A stretch of 64,000 nucleotides of DNA, taken from Euglena gracilis. Lineage: Eukaryota. Location of the stretch: NCBI GenBank assembly GCA_039621445.1, contig CP154954.1, positions 41,099,572 to 41,163,571 on the forward strand, given 5' to 3'. The stretch's first letter is position 1. Each line of letters opens with the position of its first letter. A program made the position numbers and the translations under genes. The notes under the pieces are model-generated. The model was given only the letters and a program-made list of their open reading frames with translations, was not told where the DNA came from and did not search any database. Below are positions 1-11,626 of this stretch, in pieces.

Positions 1-2674
1 CAAAATTTTCAAGATTTTTGAAGGTTTTTTAAGGGTTTTTTAAGGTATTAAGAATCTTTAAGGCGCCTATATTTCATGGACGGTCAAAATGCCATCCGGG
101 CATCGAACCAACGTCGGTCCAGGTTGAAAATCAAACACATTTTTTTTGAGTTTTGGGTGGATGGACAATGTTCAGTGATGCAAGAAATCATCATTTTTTC
201 CCCTGGAGTTGGCCTGTTTTTGCCAATATTTTGAGACTTCTGTTTCGCTCAAAATTCGAAAAATTCCAGAACCACTTTTTTTAAAGGGGTTTTCAGGTTT
301 TTTCAGGCTCCTTAAAAAAATAATGCCTGGTGGCAACGAAGTGTCCAAAAGTGGTAAAAGCAGGAAAAGCAGCCTGAAAGTGGCCGAAGTGGCCATAAGG
401 CCAAAAGTCGGTAAAAGTGGCCAAAAGTGGCCAAAAGTGGGCAAAAAAGCACAGAAGCCATCAAAAATGCCAAATTGGCCAAAAGGACCAAAAGTTGCCT
501 AAACGTTGCCAATGGTGCACAAAGTGGCCCAAGAAAAAATAGAGCACCCAAAATTGGCTTAAATGGCTAAAATTGGCCAAAAAGCTGCCCCCCCCCCAAA
601 AAAAACGGGCAAAAGAGGTCGAAATTGGGTAAATGGGTAAAAGTAAGAAAAGTGGGCAAATGTGTTTCAAAGTGTATTGTACGGTCGTGACATATGCTGA
701 CCCCCACCTGCGGCCGACCATTTGCCAACCAGGGCCGACCAGGGCCCACAGTTTACCCATGCATTAAAGAATTAGAATGCCCCAATTCAAATGCATCCAA
801 AATTGAGGGTTTTTTTCCCTCAAAAGCGAGAACAAGGGAGAGAGGAGGACAAATGTGTGTTTTCAATTCAGAAGTAGTTCTTCCAAGAGAATTGCAGTCT
901 TTCTTTTCTTTCTGCTTTCTTTTCTTTTTATTTTTTTTCCTTCTGGCGGGTTTTTAACGCAACTTAGTTTTTTAACCCGCAAGCATGTTTTTGTATTTTG
1001 TGATTATTTTTTTATGTTTGTTGTTTCAAGTTCATAGAATATCTGTTTCATTTTGCATTCTTCAAGTTTGTTGTTTTGTTGATTTTTTTTGAAAAATCCA
1101 ACCAATTGGTTTTTTTTGTGTGCTTATTTTTTGACTTTTTGAGTTTCCCCCAAAATTTCACGGAAGAGTCAGAATAGCAAGTATCATGAAAAAGTGTAAT
1201 GTCAAAATCATGAAACGGTGCTGTGAAAAAAGGTTTTGTTGTATCTCAGGAATTTTGGGTCTTCCCAGTGTGTTAAATGTGGAAAAAGTGCGAAATATTT
1301 AAAAATTCTTCACATACAGTGAGGAAATTTTCGCTTTGCATAAAATGTTGCAATTTGTTGACCAAAAATGGAAAAATGACAAAAATGACAAAAATTTTGG
1401 CGTAAGGGTAAAATGGGTGCAAAAAAAAAACAGAAGGACACACACAAAAGCATAAATCTTGCCAAAATAAAAAAAAATGCAAAAAGAACGCAAAAAAAAG
1501 CCGTCCCCCCCCCTTCAAGGACAGATGCATGCCATTTCCGGAAGTTTCCCCTCCCCCAACCCCAGGAAGACTGTCAGCTGACCGGTCGACGCCTGGGACC
1601 CTGAAAATTTCGTTTAACAACAGGTTGGCTTACCAGGGACCCTGGCATATTCTCGAGAACAAAAATTTCCCGTGGGGCCTGTGACAAGGATTTGCTCTGA
1701 TGAGAATTTTTGGCAGAGTTCCATGAAATCCCATACCCCTTGGAGCAATAACTCACATAATTATGGAACAACTTGGATTTCAAAATTCAACACTGGATGA
1801 GATTTCCCCCTGCTATGGAATTGCCTACTTTTGTAGAGGAGTGAGATGCCCCTCTTGCTGTTGGTTGACAGACTAGACTAGACAGAAAGGAACTGCCATG
1901 CCATCCCACTCTCCCAGGGTCGGGCAATGGGGATGGCAAAAAGATTGAAGTGTAAATAAGTCGTGGGCGAATTTCAGAATCCAAATTTGGAGGTCAAACC
2001 TCAAATTAGGAGTCGTTTCGGGGGGGGGGGGGGACGTTATTTAGGACCCTCAAAAACATGCAAACATATAAATATAACAAACAAAAGGTGAAAGTCGTAT
2101 TTCATGCATTTTTAACCCAAAAAAAGCAGAAAAGATGGTTTTTCTAATTTTTGAAAACTGCTGATCGCAAAATATGCTCAAATAAAACAAAAGAAATGCT
2201 TTGGTCTCCCCTTCACCAGTTTGGGAGTAAACCCTGTGTTTTTTCTTTGGAGAGAGTTCCAAAATTGTTCCAGTATAAAGTATAGTAAGTGCACAATTCC
2301 ATTTAATTTCTGTTGAGTTTGGAGCCATTTTTGCATGTTTTTGGTTTTGTATTTTTATGATTTTCATTTTCATTTCTCTCACCCACACATTTTGCACAAT
2401 TTTGCACAACTTTGTGCATTTTTTCACCAAAATGCGCATTTTTGCACATTTTTGCACATTTTAGCGATTGTTTTCGAGGCCGGCCTGCCCCCCCCCCCCG
2501 CCTTGAGCAGAGTTGAAGATGACAATCCCTCTTCCTGTGAGTTTTTGGAAGTTCAGCCGTGCCTTGTTGCGTTGCGTGTTGTTTCTGCGACAGTGACAGT
2601 GACAGTAACCCCTTCTCTGATCTCCCTTTCTGCCTCCCATCCCCCCCCCCCCCCGCCCATCCCATCCTCCACAG

Positions 2675-5600
2675 GGGTCCACCCCCCGGCCGGGCAGAGC
2701 CGTCGCCCACCGCCCCCCTCCCCCCACACCCCGCCCCTCCCTCGCCCCCAGAGGCAGAGGGCCCGCGCCGGCTCTGTATCTTCGACGGGGCCACGTCGTT
2801 CCCCCCGCGGTTCGCCGGCGACCGCCCGCCACTGCCGCCCCCGCAGCGGTGCGCCCCGTGCAGCCTCTGGCTTGCCCGGCGTGCCTGCCTGTTTCCGGTT
2901 CTTTCCAATCCATGGCACACGCATTGTCTGACAGTACCGTCGACGACAATCAAGACGGTCGGCAACATGCGTCTGCTCCGACTCAGGGGGTCCGCCGAGG
3001 GTCCCGCCGGCCGCCCCCCTTCCCCTCCGGCAGTGGCCCCACCATCCCACCCGCCCCAACCAGGGCCGCATTCCACACTGCTTCTCCAGCCTGTGCTGCG
3101 GGCAGCCCCTGCACGTTGTGAAAAATAAAATGGGCTCATGGGCCCTGGCCTCGGTCGCCCCTCTCCTCCCCCGTCAGCAGCGGCCCCACCTCAGCCCGCT
3201 CTCCCTCCGCCGGCCCCCTGATCACCGGCGGCGTCCGCCGTCTTCCGGCCTTCGCGATCTTCGACGGCGCAACCTCCTACGCACCTCATTTCGCTGCAGA
3301 CCTTCCTCACCCGCCGCTTGGGTGTGTGCCACCTGTGGCCGCTTTCTGCCACCCATCCACCCACCCACCGACCCACTCCATTATTTTTCACAAATGTCCT
3401 GAAAACCTGGAGGCACCGTTGAGATTTAACGCTTTTTTCCCCTCTCACATTCGATGATTTGCCCAATCACATAAATCACATAAAAATCATTCAAATCACA
3501 TTAAAAAAAGGTTGTTTGCTTCTGTTGTATGCTATTGGTATTCGATAGACATTTTTGTCCCCGTCCTCTCTGGGGGGTCGCGCACAGACCTGGGGGTGCC
3601 CCCCACCCCCAGGATCATGTGCACTCCACTTGCCAATTGGACTGGGAACGCAAGCAGGTGTATAATGCATTGAACACCAAAAAAATCATCTGCAAATTCT
3701 CTTCATGTTTTTCAAGGGGATGACGTCCTTCAAATATTTGAGCCTAAACGTAAAAAAAGCCCAATGGGCACCCACTTGGAGTTCCCCAAAAACTTTTATT
3801 CTCATGAGCACATCTGTTGCCATTCGCGTGTGAACCAGCGTCAAAAAAAGGAACCCATGGAGGGAGGGGAGTCCCCCCCCACTTTATTGGATTGCCAGTT
3901 AAAGTTGATCCCCGCTGGGTTAAAGTTGGCTTGGGTCGTAGCGACTCCCCTCTTCCGAATAGAGCAAAGACCTGGGGTGAACCAATCCCCCCCCGGGCAC
4001 ACATTGGAGCTGGCTCGGGTTTTGCTCTCTCTGGCTTGATCCCGGCAAAATGTGTTTTTATTTTTGAATTCGAATTTTTGAATTTGAGCTTTTTGGGGGT
4101 CCTGGGAGAGCGAATTGCACCCCCACCCCGCCGAGGGATTCTGAATTGTGCCTGAAAGGTACCTCCCCCCATGTCAAAATGGACCCCTTGCCCAACAAAC
4201 AGTGGGTGTCCGGACCGTCAAGTCATTTGTTGCCTTTCACAACGATGCAAATGCCCATACAACCTGAACGTCCCCTGTCCGGACCATGTCGACTGTCGCC
4301 TTGGTATTCATTGGGCTTGGGGAGGGGGGTACTGTTTCTGAAATCAACCCTTCGATTGTCCCTGTGGTCGGGAGGGTGGCGGAACCAACGCTCCCAGCGG
4401 CGTTTTAAGGCCTCGGGGGAGTTGTTGAGCTAGGGCTAAAATTTTGGGCTGGCTATTTATTTGTGCTGGCCAGCTAGTCCCCCCCGGGGGGGGGTGGGGG
4501 GATGAACACCTATTGGGCCAGGCTGGACACACTGGACACGCTGGACAATTGCCCCAAAAATGACCTGCAAAATGCAGCTTGGAAATCAATGAGCATCTGA
4601 CGGCCCGGCCCACTTCTCAGGGGGCATGGGGCTGACGCGGGGTCCTCCGCGGGGCCGGTCGCCGGGGCGGCCGCCGGGCCCAAGCGCTTCGCCATCTTTG
4701 ACGGCGCAACGTCGTTTGAGCCGCGGTTTGCTGCGGAGCCCGCCGCGTGCGGGCCACGGTGTGCCGCTGGGCCCTGCAGGGCCGATCGATGGAGACGCCA
4801 ATGCAAACAGCCAACCAATCTGCACCCGGTGCCGGTTGGGTGCGGTTCCCCTGGTCGGCATGTTTTTTTTCCACATTCCAGTTCCAGTTCCAGTTAATCA
4901 CAAGGAACTGGAAAAAGGGCGATGGCCAAGCGTGCACGTGGAGTGTTTTTGTGGAATGTGAATGCGTGGCCAGGCACCTATAGCTAAAATGGCCTAAAAT
5001 GGCCTAAAATGGCCTAAAATGGCCTAAAATGGCCTAAAATGACTTTTTGACTCCCTATAGGTGGGGGTCCCTAAAATGGCCTAAAATGGCCTAAAATGGC
5101 CTAAAATGGGAAAAATTCTGTTGCACAAATTTTTTTTTGTGAACAACTGAATCCATTCAGGCAATGACTTTCGGTGTCTTTTGTTAATGTGGACGGCGAA
5201 CAGTGGATTTGGTGGAGGAGCACAGCCCCACAAGGCCATGTTTTTATCCCTATTAATAATAGCATCAGTCCCCAAATCCACAGTCCACAACCTTTTGGTA
5301 GCTGAACTTTGAAGGTTTGGACAGAAATTATTTTTCTTACTCCCATTTTTTTTCCTTCGGTGCGGAACAATGTCTGTTTCACAAATAATGAAACAGTGCA
5401 AGTTTTGAAGCACGGGGAAAAGGACAGAAAAAAAAACGTAAAAGATGTTGGAAAATCTCAATTGAAATATAAAATACAAGTATTATTATAAATTTATAAA
5501 TTTAACAATAAATTTTCTAAGGAAATTTATTTTTTTTTATGAATGGACATTTTATTATCATACAAAATTTTATATGTTTAGTATGGATATTGAATGTGGG

Positions 5601-8600
5601 TATTTTATTATTATCAGGGCTGTCCTTAAGGGACAGGATAGTTTTTTTTTTCCTTAAGGACCGCCCCCCCTTTCGGCCAAAGGGCCGGCCAAGGGCCAGA
5701 CTCTGACCAGAGACTGGGATTTGAACGGGGGCAAAAATTTAACAGTCGGAAAACACAGTTTTTGATGATTTGGGTGGATAGACGATGGTCCAAGGGTGCC
5801 AGGAATCAATTTTTTTCCTGATGTCGACCTGAAAAATACCAAAAATTTCTTGCCCATTTTCCTGTATATTTTTCATTGAGTGTGCTGGGACAGCGGAGTT
5901 TTTTTTTTTATTTGCTTAAGGACCGCCCTGATTATTATCAATTTTATTAATATATATTTTCTAATGACGTTTACAAATAGAAATTAATAAATATATATTA
6001 AGTAAAATAGTATTGATATAATATGTAATTGTTAATAATAACTATTATGACCATTTTAAAGCATATTATTAATAAAATTGAGTATGATAAAATATATGAA
6101 TATGATAAAATTGAATATGATAAAAAAATATGATAGAATGTGAAATATTTTATTGGTATATAGGTACAGGATTAGGTTCACATATTTCACCTGTTATTGT
6201 TTTTGGGAGTTTATTTTTTGTTTGTATTATGGATCTTAATAATTATTCTTATATATTCTTATAATTAAATATTTATCATCATAAAGAAATGAATGATGTA
6301 CAACAAATTTTTTATAATGGTGCTAACTATAATGATACTATGATTTGATACTATGATTTTTTTATGAAAGATAATAATATATTTTTATTATTTATAGAAG
6401 CATTTTTTTTATGAATTGGCTATATCAAACGATATATATTATGGTGTTTGGGTGTGGTTAGTGTATTATTCTCTCCCATTTATAACTTGTTCAGAGGGTT
6501 TTTTATTCAGCATTATGTTTCCCCAAAATACAAAAAGCTGAGCCCTTCTGGTAGTGCAAATAAAACTTTTAATATTTGTTCAGAAAAATTTTCTGAAAAA
6601 ATTTCACTGCCGCAAATTCTTGCTGTTCAGAATTCCTCTATGGGAATGAATTAAGATTTGTTGAGCTTCCATGGTTTTGATCCAGTGTTCATGAATTTTG
6701 CATGCTTTTTGGATGTACTTTTGTTATAACTGAATAAGAGAAGGTTTGCACACGTTATGATACAGTTTTCGGGACAAAAATAACGAAAAAATATGATTTC
6801 AGAACCCCCACCTATACCTTAAAATGGCCTAAAATGGCCTAAAATGGCCTTAAATGGCCTAAAATGGCCTAAAATGGCCTAAAATGAGGAAATTTTTGGC
6901 TTGACTATAGGTGCCTGTGCGTGGCCTGTCCATTTGCGCATCTCTGGACCCACAAGTTCATAACGCATTTTTTTATTTTGCACTCAGGATTTGTGGTAAT
7001 ATATAATGGCAATGCCTTTGGGCACAGGTGTCATGTGACCATGTGGTTCTATTTCATCTGGCAGTTTTTTTTTTGCATCAAGGCATATTTGAAGAAAAGA
7101 TCAAATTTTTAGAAAGTTGAAATCGAGGAGATTGGATGAGCAAAAGAAAAATAATTTTCAAACCTAAAAGCTGATATCCCCTTGAGAAATCATTCTAGAA
7201 AACCACAGGAATTCGCATTTTGTTTTCATCCAACTCAAATGTCTTTCTGCAGATGTTTCTGCCTCTGTTGCTTCGCACCAGAGTTGCCCCAAGTGTTGAA
7301 CCCTATCCACAAACGTGCACATCACACATGGCCCTCTCTGACACCTCCCATTTCAACCACAGGCACCCCGCCCCCCCCCCCCCCCCCCTCCCACCGCCCG
7401 TCCCATCCTCCACAGGGGTCCGCCCCCCCCGGGCAGAGCCGTCGCCCACCGCCCCCCTCCCCCCACCCCCCGCCCCTCCCCCGCCCCCGGAGGCAGAGGG
7501 CCCGCGCCGGCTCTGCATCTTCGACGGGGCCACGTCGTTCCCCCCGCGGTTCGCCGGCGACCGCCCGCCGCTGCCGCCCCCGCAGCGGTGCGCCCCGTGC
7601 TGCCGCTGGCCGGCTGGCCCATTTTCTTTGTGTCTCCCACCGAGAAGGTTGTTGCTGGGCTTTTTATCAGGAAGTTCGCACCCCCCCCCCGGAGGGTGGA
7701 TGCAGGCAGGAGGGGTCGGGGGCTGCTGTAGCACACCCTTCCACCCCCAGCGCCAATGTGCTGGGGGCGCGAAAATGGCCCACAAGGATAATTTGTCTGG
7801 GTCGGCAGGCAGCCGAGCCCAAAACTGACCACTCTTGGGACGGTTTGCCTGCTATGGACAGGCACCCCACGGCACAAGGCACTCCCACCAGGGGTTGATA
7901 AAAAAAGAAGTCTGGACGTTGCACTGGGGCTGCCGCGGTGTAGGCCATGCACCCGTCTTGCCTCAGGGCATCATCTGCGGAAATGGCGCCGGCAGAACCA
8001 TTGGCCAGGCCAGCCTCCGCCCCATCCCCAACAAGCAGGGCTGACCGGGAACCAGGAACCCTCGGTGGTAACCCCCCCCCAAATAATTTTGCCCCCTGCA
8101 ACGTTAGGACCGATCTTTTTGGCCCCAATCCCCTGCAAATTTATTTGGGCAGTACCCAAAACCATTGATGGATTGATTCACCACGCTTCTTAAAAGAAAT
8201 TTGTTTCACTAATATTTGTGATATTATTTAATATTTATATTCATCTAATAATAGATTATTATGGCATTTCAGATGATTTTTTGTCCTTGCCACCTCCTGA
8301 TTTCCCAAAAAGATGCATCATTTTTCACGGTTTTTCCTTGAAAAGGGAGGGGGGCAAAGTTATTTGGACCGATCTTTTTACGCTTTCCCCCCTGCAAAGT
8401 TCTTCAGGCACACAAAACTTTAGGACACTGCAAAGTTATTTGGGAGGGAGGGTTGTCTAATCCACACCTTCTGGGGGGGGTCGACCCCCGACCAGGACTC
8501 CCTGGACAGCCCTGCTGACAAGGCAGGGCTCCGGCCCCTATGGGCGGCTGATGGGTGCGATGGCTTGGCTGCGGGGACACTCGGGTCCCCTGTAAGGTGG

Positions 8601-9197
8601 CTGTGCCTGCGCCTGTGCAGATTAGGATACCAGTAGCCCATCAGACAGGGGGGAGGGAATATGCAGAGTGCATATTTTGCGCATATTTCGCACATTTAGT
8701 GCATATTTCACTTTTTTTGTCCAAGAATCGCATATTTGTGCATATTTCGCATATTTAGCGCATATTTCGAGGTTCTGCAGGAGTTTGGCGCAGTATAATT
8801 GCCCATTCCCGCACGTTTCGACTGCATGGTCAAGTTTGGGCCATCTGAATCTGTTTTGGGGCCTTTCCTCCCTTTTTGGGGCCATTTTTCGCTATTTTTG
8901 GTATAATAAAAAAAAAGTATGAATTGGTGTGTGAATTTGATTCACAGGAAGGAGTGGTCTAATGGGCCGTATTTAGGGCAATTTTGGGGGCATTATCTGC
9001 CATAATTGGTGTGCATTTTCTACCGTTCTTTGTCATAAACTGATCCCAACTTGCCCCAAAAAAACAGTTTCCAGCCACATACCAACGCACTAGGGTATTG
9101 CGGCAGCAGCCCAGAGGTTCTCGTAGATATTTGCCTGGTTCTTTCCAGGACCCACAGAGAGACCTCAGTGGCAACATGAAGAAACCCCCGCCTGGAG
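2675..9197 (+). CDS. Multi-exon host gene (partial), Pro/Ala-rich protein with four IFDGATS[FY]xP[RH]FA repeats; function unknown
   Basis: Exons 2675-2848, 2987-3057, 3153-3321 and 4621-4758 splice in frame using AG/GT ends plus one nonconventional intron (3058-3152). Likely further exons: 7416-7587 (1-nt discrepancy in a poly-C run), 7967-8049, 8510-8554, 9149-9197. Start and stop not located. Confidence 0.7.
3058..3152 (+). other. Euglenid-type nonconventional intron
   Basis: 5' AACCAGGGCC (CAG at +4..+6) and 3' GGCCCTGGCCTC (CTG at -8..-6); ends are complementary; removal restores the IFDGATS frame. Confidence 0.8.
4971..6917 (-). mobile_element. Decayed hAT-type DNA transposon (intronic)
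   Basis: 13-bp TIR CAGGCACCTATAG (4971-4983) / CTATAGGTGCCTG (6905-6917); 8-bp TSD TGCGTGGC; subterminal CTAAAATGGC tandem arrays; AT-rich interior with weak BED-finger-like and dimerization-domain-like remnants on the - strand. Confidence 0.8.
5615..5930. mobile_element. hAT-type MITE nested in the hAT element
   Basis: TIR CAGGGCTGTCCTTAAG / CTTAAGGACCGCCCTG; 8-bp TSD ATTATTAT (5607-5614 and 5931-5938). Confidence 0.8.
8070..8454. mobile_element. Probable MITE (intronic)
   Basis: Imperfect TIR AAC(C)nAAATAATTTTGC / GCAAAGTTATTTGGGAGGGAGGGTT; termini resemble the MITE at 25061; flanked by GT/GT. Confidence 0.45.
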
Positions 9198-10255
9198 GTG
9201 AGAGCTGCTGTCCGTCAGTTGACCATGCCCTTCACTCTCACCCACCACAAATGGTGTCTGTTCATTTGCCCGCTGTGCCGCTGCCAGCCGCTTCAGTCTT
9301 CCTATTATTTTTTCGGGGCAGCGGCTCGATGTGTGGCCACAGCTTGTCCATATTTGTCCAGATTGTGCACATGGCCCCTGCCGCTGTCTGCATGGTGTGT
9401 CATTTGTCCTCATATTCTTTGCTTCTCCTGATAACCTCTGCCCACCCATCCATCCATCCACCCTCCGCTCTGCCGCCTTGACATGATGACGCAACATAAA
9501 TTGAAGTTATTCCAGCAGTCATCAGAGAACACAAAAAACAACAACAAAACCAGCACACATAAACGCACATATATGCACGCATTCATGGAAGCACTCTCAT
9601 ATGCACGCCTTATATGCGCGCGCTGCACACACCCACGCAACCCCACATGCATGCACAAAACTCACAACACACATTTGTGCCTGAGTGTGTTTGTTTATGT
9701 TACAGCCAGGAATCCCGTGTGGGGAAATTCTTACCCAAGTTTCCTTGAACCATTTATGTGCACCACTGGCTGTTTGCTTTCTTGCGATTTCGTCATTGCA
9801 ATCCCTTTACGAACCCTCTTAAGAACTTGAGCTAGGAAAGGCAGCAACATGCACCTTTTTTTAAGGGCCAGGGTCTTACCACCCATCCAGACCGGAGGAC
9901 CCCCCCCCCTTTTCCGGGGAAGCCCACCAATTGCCGCACTCCCTCGAGGAAAAACCGACAAGGGAGGGAGGGACACACGCCTCGGGCTCCGCACTTTTCC
10001 CTTGTGAGCCGGCGGTGTTGCTTGGATTGTTTTGAGGCGCTGGGAAAGGCGTTGCTGCTCAGTGCCTTTTTCGCCGAAGTTTGTTGATTCGAAAAATTTG
10101 ACCTTCGACAACCCAGAAGACAGGAACAGAGTCTAGAACGAAGGCGAACCAAGACAAGACGTCAGCGAACCACATGGAGACAATTTTTTCCGGACTGGGA
10201 GTATTACTGGGCACTAAAGGGACCCACCCAAGACCCGAATCCCGAGGTAGTCAAG

Positions 10256-11542
10256 ATGGAATTTATCGATTGCCTACCGAGGGAGGAGCGAGAACGCGCA
10301 CGCAATTTGGTGCTACGTAATGGTGTATCATTCGATAACCTGGTTGAGCAATACGCTTCAACTAACTCAAGTTTGGTCACCAGGATTACCCTGGAGAAGA
10401 AATGGCGACAATTCGCGCCATCGGATCGCAAATGGAAATCCATTGACCTTTGGTATGCCAAATGGTTAGCACTTGCTTCCGAAGTTGATGAACTTAGCGA
10501 GAAGCAAATGCGCGAACAATTCGATGCGGTTTTGTTGCATTTCACACCATCCCTCGTGAAGGATATCCATCGCGAGGAGTTGGCAGGGCATGAGATGACT
10601 CTTGCCCAACGTTGGAATTATGTGTCAAAACAACTCAAACTCACACAAGTTTTGGGACAAATACAGTCCGCTTTCCAAACGCATCCCACCGCGGGAATCC
10701 CTGCGGGTGGGGTTAATGCGTTACATAAATCACCCATGTCACCAAGATCACCCACCACGGGACCGAAAACGCGGAATCAGCGTTCTTCGGACCAAGGCAC
10801 GGATAAACTGTGCTTTTTGTGCAACAAATCTGGTCACATGTCTCGGGAATGCCCGAATCCCGATGCGCGAAAGCGTATTGGAAGCCCAAGGGGCTCGACC
10901 TCCTCACGGGGATCGGGTTCCTCGGCGTTTTCACGTCAATCGGGAGTTTCACGTTCTTCCGAGAACCGCTTTAGCGGTAGTAGGCCCAAGTCACCATCGC
11001 GTGATGGTCGGGAAACCCGTCCCTCTCGCGGTCGGTCACCTGGACCCCCTACCCGAAAACGGCATTTCAATCGTGACTCTTCACGATCGCGTTCGCGAAG
11101 TGGATCATCCTCTTCGCGGGAGTCACCGGGGAAACCCCGGTACACCGGTCATGGTCGACGGGAAACCCGTTCACCACGACGGTTCGACGGAAGAACGGAA
11201 TACCGTTCCCCCCGTTATGCGGAATCCCGCCACAAATCCCGTTGTTCACTTTGCGGTTCCAAAGATCACCACTCATCCAAATGTCCCAGATCTCGTTCCC
11301 CCCGGCCCGGCTACGGAAATCGCGGTAAGCGCCGCGAGGACCGTGGTTACTCCTCCAACCGGCAAAAGGTCGGTTTCAAGATTTCTTGTTTGGATGAGGA
11401 CACCCCGGCTTCGGGCAGGGAGGGGGATGAGACCTCGGACGGGGAATTTAATGAGGCCCGAATGGCGGTGCGCTCATTGAGTTCCATCTATTCCACCAAA
11501 AAGTCCGTTGCCGGCTATGCGGCCGGTTCGGACTTGGAGTAG
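10256..11542 (+). CDS. gag: Gag of Gypsy element 1 (frame stays open upstream of 10256)
   Basis: Two CCHC knuckles (CFLCNKSGHMSREC, CSLCGSKDHHSSKC) and an RS-rich region. Upstream in-frame WRQFFPDWEYYW matches WQGFEVDWNLYW in element 2 Gag. Confidence 0.85.
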   Translation: MEFIDCLPREERERARNLVLRNGVSFDNLVEQYASTNSSLVTRITLEKKWRQFAPSDRKWKSIDLWYAKWLALASEVDELSEKQMREQFDAVLLHFTPSLVKDIHREELAGHEMTLAQRWNYVSKQLKLTQVLGQIQSAFQTHPTAGIPAGGVNALHKSPMSPRSPTTGPKTRNQRSSDQGTDKLCFLCNKSGHMSRECPNPDARKRIGSPRGSTSSRGSGSSAFSRQSGVSRSSENRFSGSRPKSPSRDGRETRPSRGRSPGPPTRKRHFNRDSSRSRSRSGSSSSRESPGKPRYTGHGRRETRSPRRFDGRTEYRSPRYAESRHKSRCSLCGSKDHHSSKCPRSRSPRPGYGNRGKRREDRGYSSNRQKVGFKISCLDEDTPASGREGDETSDGEFNEARMAVRSLSSIYSTKKSVAGYAAGSDLE

Positions 11543-11626
11543 GGGAGCCCGAGGCCCGAGGGCACGGACCTCTGGGCTGATGAACAGATGGAGGAAAGAC
11601 CTGATCAACCTTTCCCCTCCTGCCCT
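11540..11626 (+). promoter_or_regulatory. Putative UAG readthrough signal between gag and pol
   Basis: gag TAG is in frame with pol; 8-nt spacer, stem GAGGCCCG/CGGACCTC, loop AGGGCA complementary to TGCCCT (11621-11626). Confidence 0.5.

Noticed and set aside
172-2457. Short Lys/Phe-rich ORFs
   Set aside because: Products of low-complexity A/T-run repeats (for example AAAAGTGGCC) with no recognisable domain.
4984-5110. CTAAAATGGC tandem array as a satellite or iteron
   Set aside because: It is the subterminal repeat of the hAT element.
9698-10100. Confirmed 5' LTR of Gypsy element 1
   Set aside because: Starts with TG, but no second copy, PBS or TSD was found in the window.
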